Source: an uncultured Actinomycetes bacterium (GTDB taxonomy: Bacteria > Actinomycetota > Thermoleophilia > UBA2241). Taken from it: 64,000 nucleotides of DNA. Both the position numbers and the translations under genes were made by a program. Positions within the stretch are counted from its first letter, which is position 1. Each line of letters starts with the position of its first letter. The notes below the pieces were generated by a model. It was not told where the DNA came from and made no database searches. It saw only the letters and a list, made by a program, of their open reading frames with translations. The DNA is taken from NCBI GenBank assembly GCA_963725665.1, contig CAVRZA010000011.1, positions 352,001-416,000 on the forward strand, read 5' to 3'. Positions 10,142-19,931 of this stretch are shown here, piece by piece.

Positions 10142-10887
10142 GCGATCAGAACGGTATCGGTGCAGGTGGCCGTGGCCCGGCGGCCGACCCTGCCGAGGTC
10201 GAGCGCCTTAAGCAGGCCGCCGCCGAGGCCGGCGCCGAGCTTGTCGAGTCCGCCACCGTCGTCGGCCTCGGCGGCGGCACGACGGTGCTCTACGCGGTGC
10301 GCCGCCTTGCGGAGCGGCTGCACTCGGGCGAGCTCCACGATGTGCTCTGCGTGTCTTCGTCGCGCGTCACGACCGACGAGGCCCTGCATCTCGGGCTGGC
10401 GCTGACGACGCTCGAGCAGCGCCCGCGGGTCGACCTCAGCATCGACGGCGCCGACGAGGTCGATCCGCGCCTCGACCTGGTGAAGGGAGGCGGGGGAGCG
10501 CTGCTGCGGGAGAAGGTCCTCGCCCAGGCGAGCCGGCGCGAGGTGATCGTCGTCGACGGCGGCAAGCTGGTCGAGCGGCTGGGCTCGACACGTCCGGTGC
10601 CGGTTGAGGTGGCGACCTTCGGCTGGCGCGCGCAGGCTCTCTTTTTGGAGTCACTAGGGGCGCGCGTGACGCTGCGCGAGAACCGCGACCGCTCCCCGTT
10701 CCTTACCGAGCAGGGCAACCTGATCCTCGACGCGCGGTTCGGGCCGATCGACGATCCCCGCGCGCTCGCCGCCGAGCTCGAGCGGCGCGCGGGGATCGTC
10801 GAGCACGGTCTCTTCCTCGACCTCACCGACGAGGTGATCGTCGCCGACGCGGCCGGACTGCGCACGCTGACACGCAAAGAGAGCTGA
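10138..10887 (+). CDS. rpiA: Ribose-5-phosphate isomerase A
   Basis: DGADEVD, KGGGGALLREK, GIVEHGLF motifs. Confidence 0.95.
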   Translation: MSDQNGIGAGGRGPAADPAEVERLKQAAAEAGAELVESATVVGLGGGTTVLYAVRRLAERLHSGELHDVLCVSSSRVTTDEALHLGLALTTLEQRPRVDLSIDGADEVDPRLDLVKGGGGALLREKVLAQASRREVIVVDGGKLVERLGSTRPVPVEVATFGWRAQALFLESLGARVTLRENRDRSPFLTEQGNLILDARFGPIDDPRALAAELERRAGIVEHGLFLDLTDEVIVADAAGLRTLTRKES

Positions 10888-11006
10888 GGCCGGCCCTTTC
10901 AGCGGAGAACGAAGGGCTCGCCCAGCCACGTCGTCCCGACCGGGAGCGGCCTACCTCGCGCACGTTGGGTCATCGTCTTCCGCGCACCTTCGCCCGCGCC
11001 GAACAC

Positions 11007-12296
11007 CTACGCCACCCAGCTGAACATGCCGAACTTCGCCGCCAGCAGGATCGAGCCGGCGATGAAGATGCCCGTCACCCAAGCGTGTGCCCGGGGCCGG
11101 TCGCGCGTGAGTAGCGCCAAGGTGATGAACAGCGGGAAGGCGGCGAGGACGAAGCGCGGCATCGACATCAGCGGCTGGTAGTGAGCGGGGAAGAAGAGCG
11201 GAAAGACGACCATCGCCAGGGCGAACGCCGTGTACGGCACGGGCAGGCGCGTGGTGCCCTTCCAGAGGAGGAAGATGGCGAAGGCCACGGCGCCCAGGGC
11301 GACGAGGTTCGCCACCGCGAGCGGTACCTCCGCCCCCGGGTTCGGCGCCGGCCAGAGAAGGGGCGCGCCTGGCCCCCACAGCAGCCTGATCACGCCCCGG
11401 AAGCTTGCCTCGGCGCCCTGCCAGAGGGCGAAGTTGGGCGGCGCGATGAAGCGCCGCCACTGGTCCTGGACGCGCGCGAACAGCAGCGGGCTGTGGAAGC
11501 CAAGGCTCAGGTAGGCCATCCATACCATGAGGCCCTCGGGGATCATGAGCAGCGACGCTGCCTTGGCGTCGGTCCCCCGTAGGCTGTAGCCGCGGCCGCG
11601 GAAGTAGTAGAGGGCCATGGGGATCAGCAGCATCACTCCGGTGCTGCGCGTCAGCGTGGCGGCCAGACCGGCGAGACCGGCGAGCCTCCAGCGGCCGGAG
11701 CGCGACCAGGTGAAGCAGGCGAGTCCCAGCAGCAGGAACAGCGACTCGCTGTAGACGGCCTGGAAGAAGAAGGCGGTCGGGAAGAGGGAGATGTAGAAGA
11801 CCGACAGGTACGCCGTTCTGTGGTCGAACTCCGCTTCGACGAGCCTGTAGAGAAGCACCATGGCACCCACGTAGCACGCCAGCGAGAAGACGATGCCGGC
11901 GATAACGAGGTTGTTGTTGAACGCCACGCCGACCCAGCGCAGCAGGAGGGGGAAGAGGGGAAAGAAGGCGACGCTGCCGTCGTTGCTCGCGTAGCCGTTG
12001 ACCGCGATCTTGATGAACCAGACGCCGTCCCAGTGCGCCCAGGGGTTGAGGAAGTCGCCCAGGATGCCGTGGAACACCTCGGCCCGGCGCGGATAGCGCA
12101 GCGCCCAGGAGGCGGGGTTGACGCCAAGGAGGGTGACGGCGACGCCTGCGGCCGCGAAGGTGAGCAGGCGCGCGAGGCCGGCGACCACCAGGGCACGTTT
12201 GAGCGAGTAGGGCGAGGCGGCCACGACGGCGATCTCGCGATCGCCGGCGGCCGCCTCGGCGTGCGCGCTCTCGGACTCGATGGAGCCGTCGGTCAT
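11007..12296 (-). CDS. PIG-V-like GT-C mannosyltransferase
   Basis: WDGVWF..IA..GY, AFFPLFP, YSESLF, RF motifs; ATG 12296 with GAGGAG RBS. Confidence 0.87.
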   Translation of the reverse strand: MTDGSIESESAHAEAAAGDREIAVVAASPYSLKRALVVAGLARLLTFAAAGVAVTLLGVNPASWALRYPRRAEVFHGILGDFLNPWAHWDGVWFIKIAVNGYASNDGSVAFFPLFPLLLRWVGVAFNNNLVIAGIVFSLACYVGAMVLLYRLVEAEFDHRTAYLSVFYISLFPTAFFFQAVYSESLFLLLGLACFTWSRSGRWRLAGLAGLAATLTRSTGVMLLIPMALYYFRGRGYSLRGTDAKAASLLMIPEGLMVWMAYLSLGFHSPLLFARVQDQWRRFIAPPNFALWQGAEASFRGVIRLLWGPGAPLLWPAPNPGAEVPLAVANLVALGAVAFAIFLLWKGTTRLPVPYTAFALAMVVFPLFFPAHYQPLMSMPRFVLAAFPLFITLALLTRDRPRAHAWVTGIFIAGSILLAAKFGMFSWVA

Positions 12297-12478
12297 GAAC
12301 TCCTCGTCCTCTTCGCGTCGGTCCTCAGGCCGGTCAATCCTATAGGTGCGATGACGCAGGCCGTGAGCGGCAAGGCAGGCCGTGAGCGGCACGCTGGGGC
12401 AACCTTCAGGAGTCGGGCCGACCCCTCCTCCACCCACCTTTGGGCAGCGAGGCGCTCACCGGCACGGTGATGTCGGCT

Positions 12479-13012
12479 CTAGGGCGACGAGGACTGTGAC
12501 GGAGTGGGCTCCGCTGAGGGCTCGCCGCCGCCACCCCCCGGGATGTCGTCTCGCACGTCGTAGAGGACTTCGCCGCTGTGGTAGTCGAGCATGGCGACGA
12601 TCGTCGTCTGGTTGGGGTCCGGCTTGTCGATGCTGCCCGAGACCTGCCAGACGAAACGGTACGGAGGCGTGATGGTGGTCGTGACCGACTGCGAGCCGAC
12701 GTCGTGGGTGAATGTGTACGGCTTGCCCTTGGGAAGGAAGAGCAGGCGCACCTCGTGGGGGTCGACCCCGGATCCGGCGAAGAGCGAGATGGCGCTGCGC
12801 AGGGCCTGGCCCGATGTCTTGAGCTGTGAATCGCCGGGCACGGTGAGCGCCGTGTAGATGAAGGCCCAGCTCCGCCATGGATGGGTGAGGAAGGAGCGGT
12901 TCTGGCTCGCGGCCGTGTAGCGGAAGGCGACCAGGGAGGGCAGGTAGAAGACGATCGCCGCCACGACGACTATGACGAGCACCCAGAACGCGCGGCTGCG
13001 GCTTCGGAACAT
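12479..13012 (-). CDS. Hypothetical membrane-anchored protein
   Basis: GGAGGA RBS, N-terminal TM helix, normal codon usage. Confidence 0.7.
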   Translation of the reverse strand: MFRSRSRAFWVLVIVVVAAIVFYLPSLVAFRYTAASQNRSFLTHPWRSWAFIYTALTVPGDSQLKTSGQALRSAISLFAGSGVDPHEVRLLFLPKGKPYTFTHDVGSQSVTTTITPPYRFVWQVSGSIDKPDPNQTTIVAMLDYHSGEVLYDVRDDIPGGGGGEPSAEPTPSQSSSP

Positions 13013-13135
13013 ACGCGGCTCCTCCCGACCGGAGTATTCGTCATCGCTTCGGAACGTGTCAAACGAGGGGCGCGCGGCGGGGCTGCCGTGTGGCAGCCCC
13101 GCCGCGCGCCCCTCGAGGCAGCGCTCCGACGTCCC

Positions 13136-13927
13136 TCAGAGCTCCCGCCAGTAGAGGTCGGGTACGACCGAGGCTCCCGCGAAGGTCTCGCGCGCCGACG
13201 CCTGCTGCTGCTGGTAGTAGGCCTCGTCCATGAGCGGGTTCAGGTGGATGAGGAAGAGCTCGCCTGCTCCGGCATCGGCAGCGACCTGCGCCGCCTGGCG
13301 AGCCGAGCTGTGCGCCTTGTAGGCGCGCGCCACGAACTCCTCCTTGCCCGGCTGCTTGTCCTCCACGCCGTCGATCCAGGTCTCGTGCAGGAGAAGGCGG
13401 ACGCCCTTGGCGAACTCGGCCGTGGCGGGGTCGTAGACGGTGTCGGTGGCGAGCACGAAGGCGTCGTCGACGCGGTAGGCGACCGTCGTGTCGGGGTGGC
13501 ACTGCTGGCGCACGCGGACCTCGTGGCCGGCGACGTCGTTGGCGCCCTCTTTCAGGGAGTCGAGCGTGAGACCCGGAAGATCCAAGGAGCCAGGGTTGTA
13601 GGGATGCCGGATGAGCTCTCCGACGCCCTTCTCGATGTCGACGCCGTTGACGGACGCCTCGGGAGCGTGGATGTGCAGGACTCGTCCGGCGAAGAGCGCC
13701 GGCAGGTAGGCGAGGCCGCAGACGTGGTCGAGGTGGTAGTGGGTGAGGAAGAGGTGGAACTCCTTGGCGCGCTGCAGCATCGCCGAGGCAGGCGGCTCGA
13801 CCAGGCGACCGAGGCCGGTGCCGGCGTCGAAGATGAGTAGTCGCTCGCCATCCTCGACCGCGATGCTGGTCGTCTCGCGGCGCTGTGTGGGGATCCACCC
13901 TTGCGTGCCCAGCATGGTCAGTCTCAC
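13136..13927 (-). CDS. MBL-fold metallo-hydrolase (RNase Z-like)
   Basis: LGTQG, DAGTG, THYHLDH, AHSS, LIH motifs; GTG 13927 with AGGAGG RBS. Confidence 0.88.
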   Translation of the reverse strand: MRLTMLGTQGWIPTQRRETTSIAVEDGERLLIFDAGTGLGRLVEPPASAMLQRAKEFHLFLTHYHLDHVCGLAYLPALFAGRVLHIHAPEASVNGVDIEKGVGELIRHPYNPGSLDLPGLTLDSLKEGANDVAGHEVRVRQQCHPDTTVAYRVDDAFVLATDTVYDPATAEFAKGVRLLLHETWIDGVEDKQPGKEEFVARAYKAHSSARQAAQVAADAGAGELFLIHLNPLMDEAYYQQQQASARETFAGASVVPDLYWREL

Positions 13928-14312
13928 GTGGTGCGCCTCCTGGGTCATGGTATTTCGTAGCAGGAACTGCATGCCTATACCCTCTGCGGCTGCCGTGAAC
14001 GCACGGACCGCATCCTGCCCAGTCATCGGCCCAGCGCATGCTCGACGTCGATGAACTAGTTGGGCGCCGATCTCTGGAAGCTCCCGGCACGCTGGCCTCA
14101 AGTGAGAACCTTGGTCATGAGGTCCGCGGCGGTCAGGCTTCGGCTCACGGCATTGGGCACACCCGGGGGCCGTAAGTCGGGGCTCTAGGCCGTTCTGTGC
14201 CCGAGTTTCTAGCGACGGCTTCAGCCGGGCTTCCGTTTGGCTCACGCAGGTCTACGAGTCAGCATAGCCGCGAACGGGGCGGGGAAGCTCTTTTGTCACG
14301 TCCTCGGCTTGC

Positions 14313-17186
14313 CTACATCCCTACGGCGCCCCCCATGTCGTCGGTGATCGTCTGGCGGACCTCGTTGAAACCCTGCCAGGGATCAGTCTCCAGGTTGGCG
14401 AGCCGACGGCGCATGTTGCCCACGGTGTACTGGTCGGGGCGCAGCTTCGGTGAAAGCTCCTCCCAGCGCAGGGGGGTCGAGACCGGCGCGCCCGGCCGGC
14501 GTCTGGTCGAAAACGCGGTGACGTAGGTGGCGCCGCGGCCATTGCGCAGGTAGTCGATGAAGATCTTGCCTGTGCGCTTCTTGAGCGCCATGGTGGAGAC
14601 GTAGTGCTCGGGGTCGGCGCTCACGATCGCCTCGGCGAGCGCCTTGGCAAACGCCTTGACCTCGTCCGTGGGGAGCGTCGGCTCGATGGGCGCGACCACG
14701 TGCAGCCCCTTGCCGCCCGTCGTCTTGAGGAAGCTCCGCAAGCCGAGGCCGCCGAGCAGACTGCGCAGCAAGCGCGCCCCTTCGGCGACGCGCGCGAAGG
14801 GCAGCTCGGGGTCGGGGTCGAGGTCGAAGCAGAGCTGGTCGGGAGATTCCACCGCCTCGATGCGCGAGCCCCAGATGTGGAACTCGAGCGCTCCCATCTG
14901 CACCAGCGACAACAGGCCCGCGAGCGAGTCGATGGCGAGGTACTCGACGAGCTCGCCGCCCTCACGGATCGGCAGGCGCATGATCGTCTCCGGGAAGCTT
15001 GGTGCGGCGTGCTTCTGGAAGAAGCACGCCTCGGCACGGCCCTCGGGGCAGCGCACGATCGTCAGCGGCCGGCGCGCAACGTAGGGGAGCATGAACTCGG
15101 CCACGTCATCGTAGTAGCGCGCTACCTCCAGCTTGGTGAGGCCGATGTCGGGATACATCACGCGCTCGGGGTTGGTTATGGCCACGCCACCGACGACCTC
15201 GTAGCGCTCGCCCTTCTTAAGCCTGCGTGTGCGGATGGGCTCGCCGGCGGGAGCGCCCGGCTCGGCCGTCTTGCGCGACTCCCCCGCCGGGGGACGTTCC
15301 CCGGGCGTCCTCTTGCCGGCCGGCGCCTCTCTCGCGGCCGCTCGCGGCCGCTCTTTCTGCGCCGGCCGCTTCTTGCCCGTCGCCTGGGGAGCGCGTCGCC
15401 CTGCGCTCTCGACGGCCGTCGCCTCTGCCCTCGGCAACGCGTCGGGCGGCGGCGCGAACGGCTGCAGGGCAGCCGTTCGCGCCGCCGCCCTCTCGGGCAC
15501 AACGTCGCTGGCGGGCTTGTCGAGACGCAGACCCTCGAACGACGGGTGGCGGAACATGCCGCGGCCGTTCCACGAGAGGTACTCGATCTCGGCCACGAGG
15601 TCGGGACGCACCCACTGCACGCCGGCGACCTCGCGGCCCTGCGGCGCGTCGATGAACGGCGTCTCGTCGCGCTGCAGCTGGTCGAGCCGCGCGCGCAGCT
15701 CGCGCATCGACTTCTCGTCCCAACCCGTGCCTACGCGCCCGGCGTAGCGCAGCGGCCCGGCCGCCTCCTCGTGGAAGCCGAGCAGGAGCGCGCCGACGCC
15801 GCCGGTCGTCTGGGCGCGTTCGGTGAAGCCGCCTATCACGAACTCCTGGCGCTGCAGGCACTTCACCTTGAGCCAGTCGCGCCCGCGGCCGGGCCGATAC
15901 GGCGCGTCGCGGCGCTTGGCGATCGAACCCTCGAGGGCAAACTGGCACGCCTGCGCGAAGAACTCGTCCCCGCGCCCTTCGACGTGATCGACATAGCGCA
16001 CGCGACCAGTCTCGCCGAAGCGCGCAAGGAGGCGCCTGAGCGCCTCCTTGCGCGCGTACAGCGGGCTCTTGGTCAGGTCGTAGCCGTCGAGGTGGAGCAG
16101 ATCGAAGACATAGTAGACGATGCGCCCTTCGGGGTCGGTGCCGCTCTGCAGCGCGCTGGCCAGCTTGAGGAAGCTCGTGCGCCCGTCGGGCTTCACGTAC
16201 ACGACCTCGCCGTCGAGCAGCGCGCGCCTGGCGGGCACCTCCTCGACGGCGTCGATCAGTGTCGGGAAGTGATCGGTCCAGTTCGCCCCGCGGCGCGTGA
16301 ACAGCGTGGCCTTGGCCCCCTCGAGGCGGCTCATCACGCGGTAGCCGTCGAACTTGATCTCGTGGATCCAGCCGTCGCCGACGGGCGCCTCGGGGACCAG
16401 AGTGGCGAGCTGGGGCTCGACGCGGTCGGGGAGCGGCGCCCTGCGCGCGCCGGGGATCTTCGCCGGATCGAGGAGCGCCTCGAGGCGCCGCCTCTTGGGC
16501 GCCGGCCGTGCGGCCTGCGCCTGCTGCGCCTTGAGGCGCGCCACGACCTCCGGCGGCTGCTCGCCGGGCGCGTCGCCGTCCGTCCTCCACACGCGGTCGG
16601 CCTCGGCGGCGATCTCCTCCATCGATCGGCCGCTCTTGACGCTCTCGGGACGCCGCCCGGCGACGTCAGCTTCGCCTGCTTCGCGCGCCTCGTCGTCGCG
16701 CTCCTTGAAGAGCAGCCAGCTCTTCTTGTCGTCCTCCTCGCCGCGCCGGGGGCGCAGGCGGACGAGCATCCAGCGGCCGCGCAGCTTCTCCCCCTCGAGA
16801 CGGAACTTGAGCTGCCCCTCACGGCAGGACTTCTCGGGGTCGGCCGCCGACTCAGCCTCGGGGTACCAGTGACCGTGGTCCCAGACCATGACGGTGCCGC
16901 CGCCGTACTCGCCTTTCGGGATCACGCCCTCGAAGTCGGCGTAGTCGAGCGGATGATCCTCGACCTGCATGGCGAGGCGCTTCACCTCGGGATCGAGGCT
17001 CGGCCCCTTCGGCACGGCCCAGCTCTTGAGCACGCCGTCGAGCTCGAGCCTGAAGTCGTAGTGCAAGGCGCGAGCGGCGTGCTTTTGGATTACGAAGAGG
17101 TTGCCCTCGCCGCTCGACTTGACCTGGGGTCCGGGCTCGGGCGTCTCAGTGAAGTCGCGCTTCTTGCGGTACTCCTCGAGCGCCAT
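14313..17186 (-). CDS. ligD: NHEJ DNA ligase D (phosphoesterase-ligase-polymerase)
   Basis: YRKKRDFTETPEP and HYDFRLE (PE); EIKFDGYR and WLKVK (ligase); FFQKH, DLDP, KTTGGKGLH, IFIDYLRN (POL). Confidence 0.95.
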   Translation of the reverse strand: MALEEYRKKRDFTETPEPGPQVKSSGEGNLFVIQKHAARALHYDFRLELDGVLKSWAVPKGPSLDPEVKRLAMQVEDHPLDYADFEGVIPKGEYGGGTVMVWDHGHWYPEAESAADPEKSCREGQLKFRLEGEKLRGRWMLVRLRPRRGEEDDKKSWLLFKERDDEAREAGEADVAGRRPESVKSGRSMEEIAAEADRVWRTDGDAPGEQPPEVVARLKAQQAQAARPAPKRRRLEALLDPAKIPGARRAPLPDRVEPQLATLVPEAPVGDGWIHEIKFDGYRVMSRLEGAKATLFTRRGANWTDHFPTLIDAVEEVPARRALLDGEVVYVKPDGRTSFLKLASALQSGTDPEGRIVYYVFDLLHLDGYDLTKSPLYARKEALRRLLARFGETGRVRYVDHVEGRGDEFFAQACQFALEGSIAKRRDAPYRPGRGRDWLKVKCLQRQEFVIGGFTERAQTTGGVGALLLGFHEEAAGPLRYAGRVGTGWDEKSMRELRARLDQLQRDETPFIDAPQGREVAGVQWVRPDLVAEIEYLSWNGRGMFRHPSFEGLRLDKPASDVVPERAAARTAALQPFAPPPDALPRAEATAVESAGRRAPQATGKKRPAQKERPRAAAREAPAGKRTPGERPPAGESRKTAEPGAPAGEPIRTRRLKKGERYEVVGGVAITNPERVMYPDIGLTKLEVARYYDDVAEFMLPYVARRPLTIVRCPEGRAEACFFQKHAAPSFPETIMRLPIREGGELVEYLAIDSLAGLLSLVQMGALEFHIWGSRIEAVESPDQLCFDLDPDPELPFARVAEGARLLRSLLGGLGLRSFLKTTGGKGLHVVAPIEPTLPTDEVKAFAKALAEAIVSADPEHYVSTMALKKRTGKIFIDYLRNGRGATYVTAFSTRRRPGAPVSTPLRWEELSPKLRPDQYTVGNMRRRLANLETDPWQGFNEVRQTITDDMGGAVGM

Positions 17187-17202
17187 GCCGCCGTCCGCGC
17201 GG

Positions 17203-18147
17203 TTACGCGCTCTTGCTTCGCTTGCGCGCCGGAGTGTTGCGCGCCGCCGGCTTCCTCGCGGCGGGCTTCGCCGCCGCCCGGGACGCCTTGCCGTCGGTGC
17301 CCGTCGCGGCCTCCTCGGCCTCGGCTGCGACCTCGTCGGTCCCCTGCGGCCCGTGCGCCTCGGCGATGCTGCGCTTGAGCAGCGCCATGATGTCGACGAC
17401 CTTGCCCTCGCCGGGTGCCGGCACCTCGGCGACCGGTGCCGTCGCTGCGGGCGCGCCCGATGCAGCCTTCTCATCGATGAGGCGCAGAACGTCGTCGCGG
17501 AAGGTGTCGCGGTACTGCTGCGGCTCCCAGGTCTCGGTCATGGCGTCGACGAGCTGCTGGGCCATGGCGATCTCGGGCTTCTTGAGGCCGAGCGCGGCGA
17601 GGTCGTCGCCGGGCACGTCGATGTCGGCAGGGTCGCGCAGCTCGTAGGCGTAACGCAGGACCTCGAGCACCATCACCGGCCCTCTCGCGAACACGGCCGC
17701 CAGGTACTGCTTGGTGCGGATCACCACCGTCGCGATCGCCACGCGCTCGGTCGCCCGCAGCACGTCGCGCAAGAGTGCGTAGCCCTTCTTGCCCGAACCG
17801 ATCGGCCCCAGGTAGTAAGGCTTGTCGAAGTAGGCGACGTCGATCTCGTCGGCCTTGACGAAGCCGAGAATGTCGACCGTCTGGCTCGCCTTGGGGTTGG
17901 CGCTCGCGATGTCGTCGTCGCTCAGGATCACGTAGTGGCCATCCCCCATGTCGTAGCCGCGGACGATGTCCTGCCAGTCCACCTCCTGGCCCGTCTCCTC
18001 GTCGACGCGGTGCATGCGCACGCGGTGGCCGGTGGACTTGTCGAGTTGGTTGAAGCGCAGTTCCTGGCGGCTCTCGGCCGCGTACAGCGCGACGGGAATG
18101 TTGACCAGCCCGAAGCTGATAGCGCCCTTCCAGATCGATCTCGGCAT
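17203..18147 (-). CDS. ku: NHEJ Ku protein
   Basis: RSIWKGAISFGLVNIPV, KPYYL, basic C-terminal tail. Confidence 0.96.
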   Translation of the reverse strand: MPRSIWKGAISFGLVNIPVALYAAESRQELRFNQLDKSTGHRVRMHRVDEETGQEVDWQDIVRGYDMGDGHYVILSDDDIASANPKASQTVDILGFVKADEIDVAYFDKPYYLGPIGSGKKGYALLRDVLRATERVAIATVVIRTKQYLAAVFARGPVMVLEVLRYAYELRDPADIDVPGDDLAALGLKKPEIAMAQQLVDAMTETWEPQQYRDTFRDDVLRLIDEKAASGAPAATAPVAEVPAPGEGKVVDIMALLKRSIAEAHGPQGTDEVAAEAEEAATGTDGKASRAAAKPAARKPAARNTPARKRSKSA

Positions 18148-18306
18148 GGTGTTCTCCAGATGTTCGGTGAGGCTCCCGCTGCTTTTCGTCGCGAATAGCC
18201 GCTATACGGCAGAAGCATCCCTCGAATTGCTAAAATGCTAACGACGGTGGCCGTCGCCGACGGGCCGCCTCGGGAGCCGTCGCCCTGAGCGGCCGGAGGG
18301 GATCCG

Positions 18307-19161
18307 ATGGATTCACTGCTCGCAGACGCAGCCCGCACCGTGACGCTCGACGAACCGTACCGCACCCTCTGGGAACCGCTCCTCGACCCCCTTGTGCCCG
18401 CTGTGGAGGCACGCGAGCCGGCCGGCTTCCTCGCCGCCGTCGAAGCGCAATCGCGGCTCCTTGGGCAAGCCGGCGACGTCGGCCTGCGCGACGTCTTCGA
18501 GGGCCTGGAGGGCGGCATCGAGGCCCTGCGCAGCGCCGTGCTCTCACGGGAGCAGACGGCGCGCGCCGAGGAGATCGCCGGCAGCCTCCTGCGCCTCGAG
18601 GGCGAGTCGATGGTCCGCGCTGGCGTCGGCTACGCCGAGGGCCTCGAAGAACGTGTCGATGCCCTCTCGCAGCAGATCGAGAGCCTGTCGCCGGTCGACG
18701 TGCTCACGGGGACCATGAAGCCGGTCGAGCTCGAGAGCCAGCTCGTGCTCGAGATCAACCGCTGCCAGCGTATGGACCTCTCGCTGGGCGTGGCCGCGCT
18801 CGTGGTCGACGGCCACGCCGACCTCGCCAAGCGCGACGGGCGCGAGGCGGCCGATGCCGAGCTGCGGCGTGTGGGAGCCGTCTTGCGCGAGAGCCTGCGC
18901 CGCTACGACAGCATCGGCCGCCTCGAGGTCAACGAGTTCATCGCCGTGCTCCCCGACGTCAGCCGTAGCGGACTCGCCAGCGCCATGGAGCGCCTGCGTC
19001 GACAGCTCGAGGACAAGGACGGGCGGCCCGACATCGTGCGCTTCCTCTTCGCTCTGCTGCACCTCGACGTCGTCGACGTCGCGCCGCCCGACATCCTCGA
19101 CCAGCTCCGGCGCGGCGCGCGCAAGGTGCGCTCGGGCGAGCGCTACGTGCTCTGGTTGTAG
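18307..19161 (+). CDS. Degenerate GGDEF-domain protein
   Basis: DVLTG...LRRYDSIGRLEVNEFIAVLP; the GGDEF signature is replaced by EVNEF. Confidence 0.8.
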   Translation: MDSLLADAARTVTLDEPYRTLWEPLLDPLVPAVEAREPAGFLAAVEAQSRLLGQAGDVGLRDVFEGLEGGIEALRSAVLSREQTARAEEIAGSLLRLEGESMVRAGVGYAEGLEERVDALSQQIESLSPVDVLTGTMKPVELESQLVLEINRCQRMDLSLGVAALVVDGHADLAKRDGREAADAELRRVGAVLRESLRRYDSIGRLEVNEFIAVLPDVSRSGLASAMERLRRQLEDKDGRPDIVRFLFALLHLDVVDVAPPDILDQLRRGARKVRSGERYVLWL

Positions 19162-19200
19162 CGGATGCGGTTTGCGGCCAGCGTAGATCTGAGGTAGCCG

Positions 19201-19398
19201 GTGGCGTACCTGGGACTCGCCCTCCTAGGGGCGATTATGGCTGGCGCGGTCTTCCTCTGGGTGTATACGGTGCGAGACCTTTACCGCCGCCACGATCTGA
19301 CGGTGTTCCAGCGTGTGCTCTGGGTCGTCGTGGTCATAGTCGCGCCGTTTCTGGGCGTCTTCGTCTACTGGGTGTTGAAGCCACGGCAGGTCCGCTAG
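19201..19398 (+). CDS. Small membrane protein, PLDc N-terminal domain
   Basis: DLYRR..L....VLW......PFLG...Y pattern. Confidence 0.75.
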   Translation: MAYLGLALLGAIMAGAVFLWVYTVRDLYRRHDLTVFQRVLWVVVVIVAPFLGVFVYWVLKPRQVR

Positions 19399-19445
19399 CC
19401 GAGCGTCCGGGTGCGGCCCCGGGTTTCCCGTCTCGCCCCGGGTGT

Positions 19446-19880
19446 CTAGGCGCGGTTCTCGAGGATCATGAGCGCGCGCCGCACGATCTCGCGCTCGTTG
19501 GGGTAGGTCATCACGTCGAGGGCGCGCTCGACGGGGAGCCAGCGCGCCTCGGCGACCTCGTGATCGTGGTCGGCGGTGTCGCCGCCCGTGTACCGCATGA
19601 GAAAGAAGTGCACCATCTTGTGCACGCGCACCTCCTCCTCCCGCGAGTAGAACCAGTACTCGATCGTGCCCAGCTCGGCCTCGATCACGCCGTCGAGCCC
19701 GGTTTCCTCGCGCACCTCGCGTAGCGCGGCGGTCTCGGGCGTCTCGCCAGGCTCGATCCAGCCCTTCGGCAGAGCCCAGGTGCCCCGCCCGCTGGGGTTG
19801 ATGAGACAGATCTCCAGGCCGCCGTCGCGACGCACGACGACGCCTCCCGAGGATGTCCGGTGTCTGACCTCGGTGCTCAC
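19446..19880 (-). CDS. Nudix hydrolase
   Basis: Nudix box PKGWIEPGETPETAALREVREETG. Confidence 0.93.
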   Translation of the reverse strand: MSTEVRHRTSSGGVVVRRDGGLEICLINPSGRGTWALPKGWIEPGETPETAALREVREETGLDGVIEAELGTIEYWFYSREEEVRVHKMVHFFLMRYTGGDTADHDHEVAEARWLPVERALDVMTYPNEREIVRRALMILENRA

Positions 19881-19931
19881 GGTATAAGGTTTACCCCGCC
19901 CGTCCCCGTTTCCTTGTTGGAGGTCTCTCGC

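Noticed and set aside
13930-14310. N-terminal extension of the MBL ORF to 14245
   Set aside because: Not protein-like; a strong RBS supports GTG 13927.
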